A DNA stretch of 46,694 nucleotides from Patescibacteria group bacterium (GTDB taxonomy: Bacteria > Patescibacteriota > Dojkabacteria > SC72), in the NCBI GenBank assembly GCA_018818345.1, contig JAHISI010000016.1, positions 1-46,694 on the forward strand, given 5' to 3'. Positions 1 through 9,276 of this stretch are shown piece after piece (the first letter of the stretch is position 1; each line of letters begins with the position of its first letter). Under the pieces are notes generated by a model. It was not told the origin of the DNA, made no database searches, and saw nothing but the letters and a program-made list of their open reading frames with translations. A program made the position numbers and the translations under genes.

Positions 1-16
1 AAAATATATTTACAAT

Positions 17-1804
17 ATGATGGATATAGTTCAAACCATACAAGAGAGGTTAGAGAAAGGAGTTCTAAGCTTAAACAGTAGCTTTAACAGAGAAAGAATC
101 CAGGTATCAGGTACGGACAATCCAACACATGGTGAATATACTTCAAATATTGCGATGCAACTTGCAGGAGAATTAAAGAAATCTCCAAGAGAGGTAGCAC
201 AGATCATTGTAGATGGTTTTGAAAAGGGTACGGAGATTGAGAAGGTTGAAATAGCAGGGCCAGGATTCATAAACTTCTACCTTTCTAATTCATATCTCAT
301 GAATGAGGTTAAAGAAATACTTAAACAGAAAGAGGACTATTTCAAACTTGATGTTAAAAAAGGGAAGAAGATTGTAATTGAATATACCGATCCTAATCCA
401 TTTAAAATACTTCATGTAGGTCACTTGTATACCAACATTGTTGGTGAATCATTCGCACGCCTCCAGGAGGCTCTAGGAGCCGATGTAAAGCGCGCAATAT
501 ATCAAGGTGATGTTGGATTGCATGTTGCTAAAACATTGTGGGGTTTGGAGAAGAAAATGAGAGAGGAAAATGTCGAATTTAGTAGCTTAGAATCATTGGA
601 TTTAACCAGTAGGGTTAAGTATTTAGGTGAGGCATATGTACTTGGTAGCGAGTACTATGATGAAAAAGAGGATGGACAAGCACAGGAGGAAATAGATAAT
701 CTGAACTACTACGTCTTCTCATTGTGCGTTCCTGAACTTCCGGAGAAAGACTTTAGTATTTACGAAAGAGAAGCTATTAAAGAGAAATATCTTGAAGGAA
801 GAGAGTGGTGTATGGAATATTTTGAAACCATATACAAGAAATTAGGTACTAAATTTGACTATTACTTCCTCGAAAGTGAGACCAGTAGCATTGGCTTGGA
901 TATGGTTATGAAGAATATGGATACGGTATTTAAGAAGGACGCAGGTGCAGTCATATATGAAGGAGAAGAATCAAAAGGTCTTCATACAAGGGTTTTTGTA
1001 AACAAACATGGTATCCCAACATACGAAGCTAAGGATTTGGGATTGGCATTTAAGAAGCATGAACTTATAGATTACGATGAATCAATTATCATCACCGGTA
1101 AAGAACAGGCTGGATATTTTAAGGTGATACTTGATGCTTTGGGTAAGATAGATAAGGATTTGGCAGAGAAGACAACACATATCCCACACGGGTTAATTAA
1201 GTCTGTAGATGGTAAAAAAATGTCTAGCCGTAAGGGTACAGCGGGCGCCGAGATGCTTATTGATACTACTGCTCAACAGGCTATGGAGATGATGAAGGAG
1301 AATGGTAGGGTGACTGAGGGTATTGAGGAGAAGAGTCAAAGAATAGCTATAGCAGCTATTAAATATGCATTTTTAAAGGTTGGAGTAGGTGGTGATATTG
1401 TATTTGATCAGACTAAGGCTTTGAGTTTTGATGGCGATACGGGTCCATATCTTTTGTATGTGTATGCAAGGTGTAAATCTTTGTTAAAAAACAATACGGA
1501 AATCGAAAATGGGGGAGATATTAACGAGGATATCCTCAAGAATGCCGCAGCGAAGAGCTTGACCGAGACACTTGGCAAATCTAAACAAATCCTGCTAGCT
1601 TCGGGTCTAAGCTACGCACCATCAACATTGTCCCAGTATATCTTCGATCTTGCACAATCTTTTAACAATTTCTATCAACAGGTTTCTGTATTAGAAGCTC
1701 CAGAAAAGGATAGAGCGTCTTTACTAGCAATTGTACAAGCTACAATGCTAACGATGAAGAATGGGTTAGAACTACTTGGCATAGGGGTGGTGGATGAGAT
1801 GTAA
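17..1804 (+). CDS. argS: Arginyl-tRNA synthetase
   Basis: 595-aa ORF with a class I HIGH-type motif (ILHVGHL) and a KMSKS-like KMSSRKG. The C-terminal anticodon-binding region ends ...VVDEM, as is typical of ArgRS. Confidence 0.95.
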   Translation: MMDIVQTIQERLEKGVLSLNSSFNRERIQVSGTDNPTHGEYTSNIAMQLAGELKKSPREVAQIIVDGFEKGTEIEKVEIAGPGFINFYLSNSYLMNEVKEILKQKEDYFKLDVKKGKKIVIEYTDPNPFKILHVGHLYTNIVGESFARLQEALGADVKRAIYQGDVGLHVAKTLWGLEKKMREENVEFSSLESLDLTSRVKYLGEAYVLGSEYYDEKEDGQAQEEIDNLNYYVFSLCVPELPEKDFSIYEREAIKEKYLEGREWCMEYFETIYKKLGTKFDYYFLESETSSIGLDMVMKNMDTVFKKDAGAVIYEGEESKGLHTRVFVNKHGIPTYEAKDLGLAFKKHELIDYDESIIITGKEQAGYFKVILDALGKIDKDLAEKTTHIPHGLIKSVDGKKMSSRKGTAGAEMLIDTTAQQAMEMMKENGRVTEGIEEKSQRIAIAAIKYAFLKVGVGGDIVFDQTKALSFDGDTGPYLLYVYARCKSLLKNNTEIENGGDINEDILKNAAAKSLTETLGKSKQILLASGLSYAPSTLSQYIFDLAQSFNNFYQQVSVLEAPEKDRASLLAIVQATMLTMKNGLELLGIGVVDEM

Positions 1805-1811
1805 ATGAATA

Positions 1812-1885
1812 CGGGGTGTAGTTCAGATGGCTAGAACGCTACGTTCGGGACGTAGAGGTCGCTCGTTCAAGTCGAGTCACCCCGA
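1812..1885 (+). tRNA. tRNA-Pro (anticodon CGG)
   Basis: Hand-folded 74-nt cloverleaf. Acceptor CGGGGTG/CACCCCG, D stem GTTC/GAAC, anticodon stem CTACG/CGTAG with loop TTCGGGA, T arm GCTCG-TTCAAGT-CGAGT. No encoded CCA. Confidence 0.9.
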
Positions 1886-1886
1886 T

Positions 1887-2888
1887 TTAGGAAATAGATG
1901 TTAACTGTCCACACGCTCCCTTAATATCACTTCCATACGAATATCTTAATGTATTAGTAATCCCTCTGCTGTCCAATATAGTTTGGAATGCTTCAATCCT
2001 TTTTCTAGTACTAGGTTCGTAGGAAATACCATTAACCTTGTTAAAGTTAATAAGGTTAACAAGCACAATCTGATTCTTAAGTAACTTAGCCAATTCCTTA
2101 GCACACTCAGGAGTATCAGTAACATCCTTAAGCATCAAATACTCGTAAGTAATCTTCTTGTTCCTCTTTTTCTGATCCTTAATCAATACCTCCATTAACT
2201 TGTCTAAAGGATTTAACTTCGCAACAGTAGGCATAAGCTTCTCCCGAAGCTTTTGATTAGGAGCATGAAGACTAATAGCAAGATTAACACCCATATCCTT
2301 CTTTAAAAACTCCTCCAATTGAGGAATATATCCAGAAGTAGACACAGTGACCCTTCTAGCACTCATTGCCATCACATTACTATCTGTTAGTAAATCGATA
2401 GACTCAGAAACATTTTTCAAATTGAGTAAGGGCTCACCCATACCCATATACACAATATTGGTAATCTTCTCACCGGTAGCCTTCAACTTCCTTTGGAAAT
2501 ACATAATCTGATCCATAATCTCGTGGGTAGAGAGGCTTTTGTTCAAACCCATTCTCCCAGTAGCACAAAATTTACAACCCACAGGGCAACCACTCATACA
2601 GCTAATACACACGGTAATACGATCTTTGTTGCGCATTAACACACTCTCAACAGGAAAACCTTCCTTGGTATTTGCCAAAACCTTAATAGTCTTGTGATCA
2701 GAAGAGGGGAATTCAGTAAAATCATCTAATTCAGTAAAAGGGACCTCCTCCTTAAGCTTCTCTCTTAGGTCTTTAGGCCAATTAGTAAGTTCATCCCATG
2801 AGGAAATCACTTGCTTGAAGTACTGGTCATACAGCTGTTGTATTCTGTAACCCCGCACATTGTTGTTCTTAAGGAATCTTTTAAACAT
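1887..2888 (-). CDS. rlmN: 23S rRNA/tRNA adenine-C2 methyltransferase RlmN (radical SAM)
   Basis: 333-aa ORF with the radical-SAM cluster motif CPVGCKFCATG. GMGEPLLN, VSTSG and a C-terminal GACGQL match the RlmN/Cfr family layout. Confidence 0.9.
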   Translation of the reverse strand: MFKRFLKNNNVRGYRIQQLYDQYFKQVISSWDELTNWPKDLREKLKEEVPFTELDDFTEFPSSDHKTIKVLANTKEGFPVESVLMRNKDRITVCISCMSGCPVGCKFCATGRMGLNKSLSTHEIMDQIMYFQRKLKATGEKITNIVYMGMGEPLLNLKNVSESIDLLTDSNVMAMSARRVTVSTSGYIPQLEEFLKKDMGVNLAISLHAPNQKLREKLMPTVAKLNPLDKLMEVLIKDQKKRNKKITYEYLMLKDVTDTPECAKELAKLLKNQIVLVNLINFNKVNGISYEPSTRKRIEAFQTILDSRGITNTLRYSYGSDIKGACGQLTSIS

Positions 2889-2947
2889 ATGCCCATTATA
2901 TTGTTCTTTCGTGTGATTTACAAACTAATCGTTCTCCTCTAATATGT

Positions 2948-4351
2948 ATGTATCTAATTAAACATATTGCCCCTATGGTTATTGGAGCTACACACAACGG
3001 TTACATCGCCCCAAAAGGCTGGAAACCTAAGAATCCTGATGAGAATTACATCATTACATATCTCGACATTGAGCTTGCGAATGGCATTGGCATGGAGAAA
3101 TTTGAGGATGTGGTGGCAGCTTGTGCTGCAGAAAGTTCGACCGGTACATGGACAGATGTATATTCTGGAAGAGATTCTGGTGTAAAGATGGCAGAGAAGC
3201 TTAAGGCTGTAGCATTTGATCTAGAACCAGAGACTAAAACATTCAAGATAGCGTACAAGAAGGAACTCTTCGAATTAGACAATATGTCAGGAATATTGGC
3301 AGGAGTGGTAGGGAATATCGATGGAATGAAGATGCTTAAGGCATTCCGATGCTTAGATATTCGTTTTCCTAAAGATATTATTCAATCATTTCAAGGTCCG
3401 CAGTTTGGAATTGATGGGATGAGAGAGCTTTTACATGTTGAAGAAGGCCCATTGCTTTGTACTGTTCCTAAACCAAAAGTAGGACGTACAGCCAAGGAAC
3501 AGGCAAAGTTGGCAGAGATACTTTTTAGTGCTGCAAATGCTCAATATCATGGTATTAAGGACGACGAGAATCTAACAAGTCTGAAATTTAATACCTTTGA
3601 TGACAGGTGTGAGTTGATACATAAGGTAGTGAGAGAGGTAGAAAGAAAGACTGGACAAAGAAAGTTCTATCTATGTAATGTAACGCACTCAAATCTGGAT
3701 GTGATGATTCAAAGAGCAGACAAGATCAAAGCTCAAGGGGGTAGATGGATGATGATGGATATTGTTACTACTGGATTTAGCGCAATCCAGACTATGAGAA
3801 TGCATAACCCGGGATTGGCAATACATGCGCATCGAGCGATGCATAGCCTTTTTGACAGAGAATCGGGACCGGGAGTGTATGACAAGGGCGAAATCAAGGA
3901 TTTCTCTATGTCTATGATCGTGACTGCCAAGATAATGAGAATGTTAGGTGTAGATTCACTTCATGGTGGAGCTCCAAATACTAAGATGGAGAACTACGGT
4001 GAACCTAAGCTCATTAGAGATGCGTTGCAGTTGGATATTACTCCTGCGTCTAGCATGACCTTGGGACAGAACTGGTATGGGATGAAACCCGTATGGCATG
4101 TGGCTTCAGGTGGTTTACACCCAGGTACTATCCCTGAGGTCTTACATCAACTTGGAGAAGACATAATCATCCAGACTGGTGGTGGAGTTCTTGGACATCC
4201 ATGGGGCATAGAGGCGGGTGTAGAGGCCGTAATTCAAGCAAAGGATGTGGCATTAGGCAGAGGAAACATGGAGCAATGGATTATCGAACATCCAGATACT
4301 GCATTAGCTAAAGCTGCGCATCATTGGGGATTTGGTCCTAAGATCGTTTAA
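2948..4351 (+). CDS. rbcL: RuBisCO large subunit, form III-like (or II/III)
   Basis: 467-aa ORF retaining RuBisCO active-site signatures: STGTWTDV, KPKVGR, GIKDDENL (carbamylated Lys context), HAHRAMH, VASGGLHPG, GGGVLGHPWG. The start could be a later Met (2975). Confidence 0.9.
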   Translation: MYLIKHIAPMVIGATHNGYIAPKGWKPKNPDENYIITYLDIELANGIGMEKFEDVVAACAAESSTGTWTDVYSGRDSGVKMAEKLKAVAFDLEPETKTFKIAYKKELFELDNMSGILAGVVGNIDGMKMLKAFRCLDIRFPKDIIQSFQGPQFGIDGMRELLHVEEGPLLCTVPKPKVGRTAKEQAKLAEILFSAANAQYHGIKDDENLTSLKFNTFDDRCELIHKVVREVERKTGQRKFYLCNVTHSNLDVMIQRADKIKAQGGRWMMMDIVTTGFSAIQTMRMHNPGLAIHAHRAMHSLFDRESGPGVYDKGEIKDFSMSMIVTAKIMRMLGVDSLHGGAPNTKMENYGEPKLIRDALQLDITPASSMTLGQNWYGMKPVWHVASGGLHPGTIPEVLHQLGEDIIIQTGGGVLGHPWGIEAGVEAVIQAKDVALGRGNMEQWIIEHPDTALAKAAHHWGFGPKIV

Positions 4352-4522
4352 TCGAGGCGAGGCCTTGAGAACCCATAGCCATGTAAAATGACTTTAAATA
4401 TAGTATCCCCTTGTTTTAAAACGTTCTAATCAAGGTGAAGCCTTGGCTGAAATTGTTCTTGCAAGCTTTTTGTTTTAAAAGAGTCGCTATGGGATTTGTA
4501 GGCGAGGCCTTGATGCTGTAAA

Positions 4523-6001
4523 ATGTCCGTTATGGCAGACAAAGGAATCACATCTAGAACACAAGATTTCTCACAATGGTATTTAGATATCATAGAGAGA
4601 GCGGAATTAGCAGAGAACTCTGCTGTAAGAGGTTGTATGGTCATTAAGCCATATGGCTACGCTATATGGGAGAACATACAGAAGGAATTAGACAGAAGAA
4701 TCAAAGCTAGCGGTCACAAAAATGCATATTTCCCATTGCTCATACCTAAGTCATTCTTTACCAAAGAAGCATCTCATGTTAAGGGTTTTGCTAAAGAATG
4801 TGCAGTAGTAACACATTACAGATTAAAAGAATCTCCAGATGGAAAAGGGATTGTGGTAGATGAGGATGCAAAATTAGAAGAGGAATTGATTATCAGACCA
4901 ACCTCAGAAACCATTATCTACGATACCTTCTCAAGATGGATTACCTCTTGGAGAGATCTTCCAATGAAGATCAATCAGTGGGCAAATATTATGAGATGGG
5001 AGAAGCGAACGAGGCCTTTCCTAAGAACATCTGAGTTCTTGTGGCAAGAAGGACATACTGTGTATGCAACTGAAGAGGAGAATATTAAAGAAGTTATGGA
5101 TATGCTTCAGATGTATGTAGATTTTGCTAGGGATACTCTTGCAGTAGAAACATATTCTGGAAGAAAGTCTGAGAGCGAGAAGTTCGCAGGCGCAGTGAAT
5201 ACCTTCGGAGTAGAAGCAATGATGCCTGATGGAAAATCATTGCAATTTGGTACCTCACACGACCTTGGACAGAACTTCGCGAAGGCATTTGATATTAAAT
5301 TCGCAGACAAAGATGGTACTGTTAAAACACCATACCAGAATAGCTGGGGTGTAAGTACAAGAATGATGGGCGCATTAATTATGACCCACAGTGATGATAA
5401 CGGATTGGTATTACCACCAAGCGTGGCTCCAATTAAGGTTGTCATTGTCCCAATATCTAAGGATGAGAACAGGGACACTGTAATGGAATATTGTAATAAC
5501 ATAGTAGAGGAGCTTAAGACAGAGATAGAAGAAGTCGAATTGGATGCTAGAGATTTTGTATCTCCTGGTTACAAATTCAATGAATGGGAGAAAAAAGGTG
5601 TGCCTGTAAGAATGGAGATAGGGGAAAGAGATATTCAGAATGGTGGAGTTACTATGGTAAGAAGAGATACAAATGAAAAGATGTTCGTGGAACGCTCACA
5701 GGTATTAGAATATACCAAGAATCTACTAAATGAGATTCAGAATAGTTTGTTGAATAGATCACAGTCGATTATTAGGAACAACACTCATGCAGTTGAGTCA
5801 TATGATGGGCTTAAAACGATGATGAAGGGTGAAAAAGGATATGCAAAAGTATACTGGTGCGGAGATCCAAAATGCGAGGAGAGTATAAAGGCAGAAACCA
5901 AGGCTACGACTAGATGTATTGCAGAGGAAGACGTATCTGGGAAGTGTATATACTGCGGGAAGGATTCTAAAGAAGCTTGGTATATAGCGCAATCTTACTA
6001 G
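4523..6001 (+). CDS. proS: Prolyl-tRNA synthetase, archaeal/eukaryote-like type
   Basis: 492-aa class II aaRS with no bacterial INS editing insertion. The C-terminal Cys-rich Zn domain (CGDPKCE...CIYCG) ends in Tyr (..AQSY), the hallmark of archaeal-type ProRS. Confidence 0.95.
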   Translation: MSVMADKGITSRTQDFSQWYLDIIERAELAENSAVRGCMVIKPYGYAIWENIQKELDRRIKASGHKNAYFPLLIPKSFFTKEASHVKGFAKECAVVTHYRLKESPDGKGIVVDEDAKLEEELIIRPTSETIIYDTFSRWITSWRDLPMKINQWANIMRWEKRTRPFLRTSEFLWQEGHTVYATEEENIKEVMDMLQMYVDFARDTLAVETYSGRKSESEKFAGAVNTFGVEAMMPDGKSLQFGTSHDLGQNFAKAFDIKFADKDGTVKTPYQNSWGVSTRMMGALIMTHSDDNGLVLPPSVAPIKVVIVPISKDENRDTVMEYCNNIVEELKTEIEEVELDARDFVSPGYKFNEWEKKGVPVRMEIGERDIQNGGVTMVRRDTNEKMFVERSQVLEYTKNLLNEIQNSLLNRSQSIIRNNTHAVESYDGLKTMMKGEKGYAKVYWCGDPKCEESIKAETKATTRCIAEEDVSGKCIYCGKDSKEAWYIAQSY

Positions 6002-6212
6002 GTGAAACGGAGCGAAATCCGCTATTTTCTTAAACCTCAAAACTGTTCAAATTGACCATGCTGATGGCATGCTATTAAAATTCTCAAAAATTGAAGTTTG
6101 ATGAACTATTGGTTTTGGAATAAGTGTTTGCTCGTGATGTACTCATTATTTACACCTGGGCCCTCTTATAGACCCGTAGTATTTTGCGGTCAAAAGGAGG
6201 TAATAAGTTTCA

Positions 6213-9062
6213 CTATTCTAAATTCTTTAGATATTTCTTGAGATACTTTCCAGTCCAACTCTTAGGATTTTCCATTACATCTTCGACGGTACCTTCGGCA
6301 ACTATGTAACCACCCTTGTCTCCTCCCTCTGGACCTAGATCCACGATCCAATCTGCGAACTTAATGATGTCCAAGTTATGTTCCACACATATAACGGTGT
6401 GTCCTTTATCAACTAAACCCTTAAGTAGGGTGAGTAGTTTATCTATATCATGGTAATGGAGCCCAGTTGTTGGTTCATCCAATATATACATGGCATGACC
6501 ACGAGACATCTTAGATAATTCCTTTGCTAACTTGATTCTTTGAGACTCTCCACCTGATAGAGTGAGAGCTGATTGCCCTAATTGTATGTATCCCAAGCCA
6601 ACTTCATTGAGTACCGATAGCTTCCTATATATAGAAGGAATATTCTTAAAGAACTCCAATGCGTCTTCTACTGTCATATTTAAGACATCTGAGATATTCT
6701 TTCCCTTATAATCTACCTGTAATGCTTCTTCATTATATCTTTTCCCATTACATGCATCGCAAGTAACATACATATCAGGCAAGAATTGCATTTCAACTTT
6801 GATCTGACCATCACCCTGACATTTCTCACATCTTCCACCCTTAACATTGAAACTAAATCTATTGGTCCCATATCCTCTTGCCTTGGCTTCCTTGGTATTC
6901 GCAAATAGCTCTCGAATTGCAGTGAAAACACCTGTGTAAGTGGCTGGATTTGACCTTGGTGTTCGACCTATAGGCGATTGGTCGATATCAATAATTTGAT
7001 TAATTTTCTCCACTCCCTCGATCGATTTATATGATCCTTCCTGTTGTTTTGAATGCATAACTTTATTCATCAGTACTGGATAGAGTGTATCGTTTATCAA
7101 TGAAGACTTCCCACTGCCAGAAACGCCAGTTATACAGATGAATTGGTTTAACGGGATTTCCAGATTTACATCCTTAAGATTGTGAGTAGTGAGCCCTGTG
7201 AGTTTTAACATATCCTTTTTATCTGCCTTCTGGTTATGCTTAAGCTTTTGTCCGACAGAGAGCTCTTTGTTTAGATACTTGGCAGTAAGTGAGCCGCTGT
7301 GCTTGATATTGTCTATTGTACCTTCTGCTACTACTAAACCACCATGCTTGCCTGCATTAGGACCAATATCGACTACCCAGTCGGCACATCTTATAGTTTC
7401 TTCGTCGTGTTCGACCACTATGACAGAATTGCCGGTATCTCGAAGGTTTTCGAGGGATTTTATCAACTTTGATACATCTCTTTGATGTAATCCAATTGAA
7501 GGTTCGTCAAGCACATAAAGGACTCCTGTAAGTCCAGTACCGATTTGTGATGCTAATCGTATTCTTTGTGATTCTCCACCCGAAAGAGTGGTAGCTTTTC
7601 TAGAAAGAGTTAGATAGTCTAGTCCAACATTGGTTAGGAAGTTCAATCTTGAGAGAATTTCCTTAATAATTGGTTTAGCAATCTCTGCTTTATTCCCTTT
7701 TAGCTCTATTGATCCAAAGAATGAGATTAATTCACTAATGGAGGTATTGGTTATCTCGTCTATGTTCTTTTCGTTGATAGTTACTGCGAGCGTATATGGT
7801 TTTAATCGTTTGCCATTACATGCATCACAAACTCTTTCTACCATGTACTTTTCAGTTTCGAGTCTTGAATAGTCTGAAGAAGTCTCTTTGTATCTTCGGT
7901 TTAATTCATTTATTACGCCTTCGTATTCTGCATCATATATCTTAGTTCTACCAAATCTATTGGTATATTGGATAGTATATGTCTCTTTTGCGCCTTTGCC
8001 ATAGAAGATGAGGTCAAATATCTCTGGTGAATAGTTCTTGATTTGTGTTTTAAGATCAAAATGGTGCTCTGCAGCTACACTTTGTAATATCTTTAATGTC
8101 CACGAATCTTTACTTGTTCTGTTGCTCCATGGGAAGATTCCACCTTCAGATATGGTTAGATTAGGGTTGTAGAGTAGGTTTATATCTAACTCCTTAAGTA
8201 TCCCTAAGCCTGCACACTTTGGACATGCTCCTTCTGGAGCATTAAATGAGAAGCTGGCTGGCACTATTTTAGGATATGATATGCCACAGGTAGGACAAGT
8301 GTTGTTTTCGGAGAAGAATAGGGGCTCTTCGCCTTCTATTAATACTTTAACTTCACCTTTTGATTGAACAACTGCAAGCTCTATGGCGTCTGTAAGACGT
8401 TTTTGTTCTACATTCTTACCATCTAAACGGTCTATTACGAGGTCAATATCGTGTTTTTTGTATTCATCTAGCTTAATATTTTCAATATCATCAAGCATAT
8501 ATGTATTACCATCAACGATTATTCTGAGAAACCCTCGTGCTAGCAACTTCTCAAACAGTGAAGAAAACTCGCCCTTGCGGTTCTTTATCAATGGTGAAAC
8601 CACTTGGAACTTCTTGGTAGAGCCTTTGAGATGTTTGAGTACTTTTTGTGTTATTTCTTGAATGGTTTGTGCTTCAACTGGTGTATGACAATTTGGACAG
8701 TGGGCGATGCCAATATTCCCATACAGTAATCGAAGGTAACTATATATTTCAGTAATGGTTCCGACTGTAGACCTAGGATTCGATCCTGCGGTCTTCTGAT
8801 CGATTGAGATGGCTGGGGAGAGTCCTTCTATGGAATCTACATCTGGTTTCTTCATAACGCCTAGAAACTGCCTTGCATACGACGAGAGAGACTCTACATA
8901 TCTTCGTTGGCCTTCTGCATACAATGTATCAAAAGCTAAGGAGGATTTTCCACTACCGGAGACTCCGGTTATGACTACTAATTTGTTCTTAGGGATATCA
9001 AGCGATATATTCTGAAGGTTATTCTCTCTTGCACCCCTTATTTTTATATATTCTTGTTTCAT
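6213..9062 (-). CDS. uvrA: Excinuclease ABC subunit A
   Basis: 949-aa ORF with two ABC ATPase modules (GVSGSGKSS twice, LSGGESQR twice). Zn-finger CxxC pairs and the YLDEPS/ILDEPT Walker B motifs are present. Confidence 0.97.
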   Translation of the reverse strand: MKQEYIKIRGARENNLQNISLDIPKNKLVVITGVSGSGKSSLAFDTLYAEGQRRYVESLSSYARQFLGVMKKPDVDSIEGLSPAISIDQKTAGSNPRSTVGTITEIYSYLRLLYGNIGIAHCPNCHTPVEAQTIQEITQKVLKHLKGSTKKFQVVSPLIKNRKGEFSSLFEKLLARGFLRIIVDGNTYMLDDIENIKLDEYKKHDIDLVIDRLDGKNVEQKRLTDAIELAVVQSKGEVKVLIEGEEPLFFSENNTCPTCGISYPKIVPASFSFNAPEGACPKCAGLGILKELDINLLYNPNLTISEGGIFPWSNRTSKDSWTLKILQSVAAEHHFDLKTQIKNYSPEIFDLIFYGKGAKETYTIQYTNRFGRTKIYDAEYEGVINELNRRYKETSSDYSRLETEKYMVERVCDACNGKRLKPYTLAVTINEKNIDEITNTSISELISFFGSIELKGNKAEIAKPIIKEILSRLNFLTNVGLDYLTLSRKATTLSGGESQRIRLASQIGTGLTGVLYVLDEPSIGLHQRDVSKLIKSLENLRDTGNSVIVVEHDEETIRCADWVVDIGPNAGKHGGLVVAEGTIDNIKHSGSLTAKYLNKELSVGQKLKHNQKADKKDMLKLTGLTTHNLKDVNLEIPLNQFICITGVSGSGKSSLINDTLYPVLMNKVMHSKQQEGSYKSIEGVEKINQIIDIDQSPIGRTPRSNPATYTGVFTAIRELFANTKEAKARGYGTNRFSFNVKGGRCEKCQGDGQIKVEMQFLPDMYVTCDACNGKRYNEEALQVDYKGKNISDVLNMTVEDALEFFKNIPSIYRKLSVLNEVGLGYIQLGQSALTLSGGESQRIKLAKELSKMSRGHAMYILDEPTTGLHYHDIDKLLTLLKGLVDKGHTVICVEHNLDIIKFADWIVDLGPEGGDKGGYIVAEGTVEDVMENPKSWTGKYLKKYLKNLE

Positions 9063-9199
9063 TGCAATGTAGATTATACCACGGAAAAGGGGGATTTATA
9101 ACCCTATAGAAAAACGAATTTTAGTTAAATGTCCCATATAGTTGTTGTTGCAAAAGGGTTTGTGGATATGCTAAGCTTGTGGTTGTGAATTATTGATAA

Positions 9200-9274
9200 G
9201 CACCTGTAGCTCAATCTGGATAGAGCAACACACTCCTAACGTGTAGGTTGTCGGTCCGACTCCGGCCAGGTGCG
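9200..9274 (+). tRNA. tRNA-Arg (anticodon CCU)
   Basis: Hand-folded 75-nt cloverleaf. Acceptor GCACCTG/CAGGTGC, D stem GCTC/GAGC, anticodon loop CTCCTAA, T stem GTCGG/CCGGC. Caveats: an A31-C39 mismatch and a non-canonical T loop TCCGACT (C at position 55). Confidence 0.75.
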
Positions 9275-9276
9275 TT

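Noticed and set aside
4381-4390. The 10-mer ATGTAAAATG recurs at 4381 and 23949, with the near-copy CTGTAAAATG at 4516.
   Set aside because: The third occurrence is plausibly chance in AT-rich DNA. Only the two proS-leader copies, which carry the additional 14-mer, are treated as meaningful.
4352-4522. T-box riboswitch upstream of proS.
   Set aside because: I could not find the conserved T-box sequence (..GGTGGTACCGCG-like) or a specifier-loop architecture. Only short repeats and alternative helices are present.
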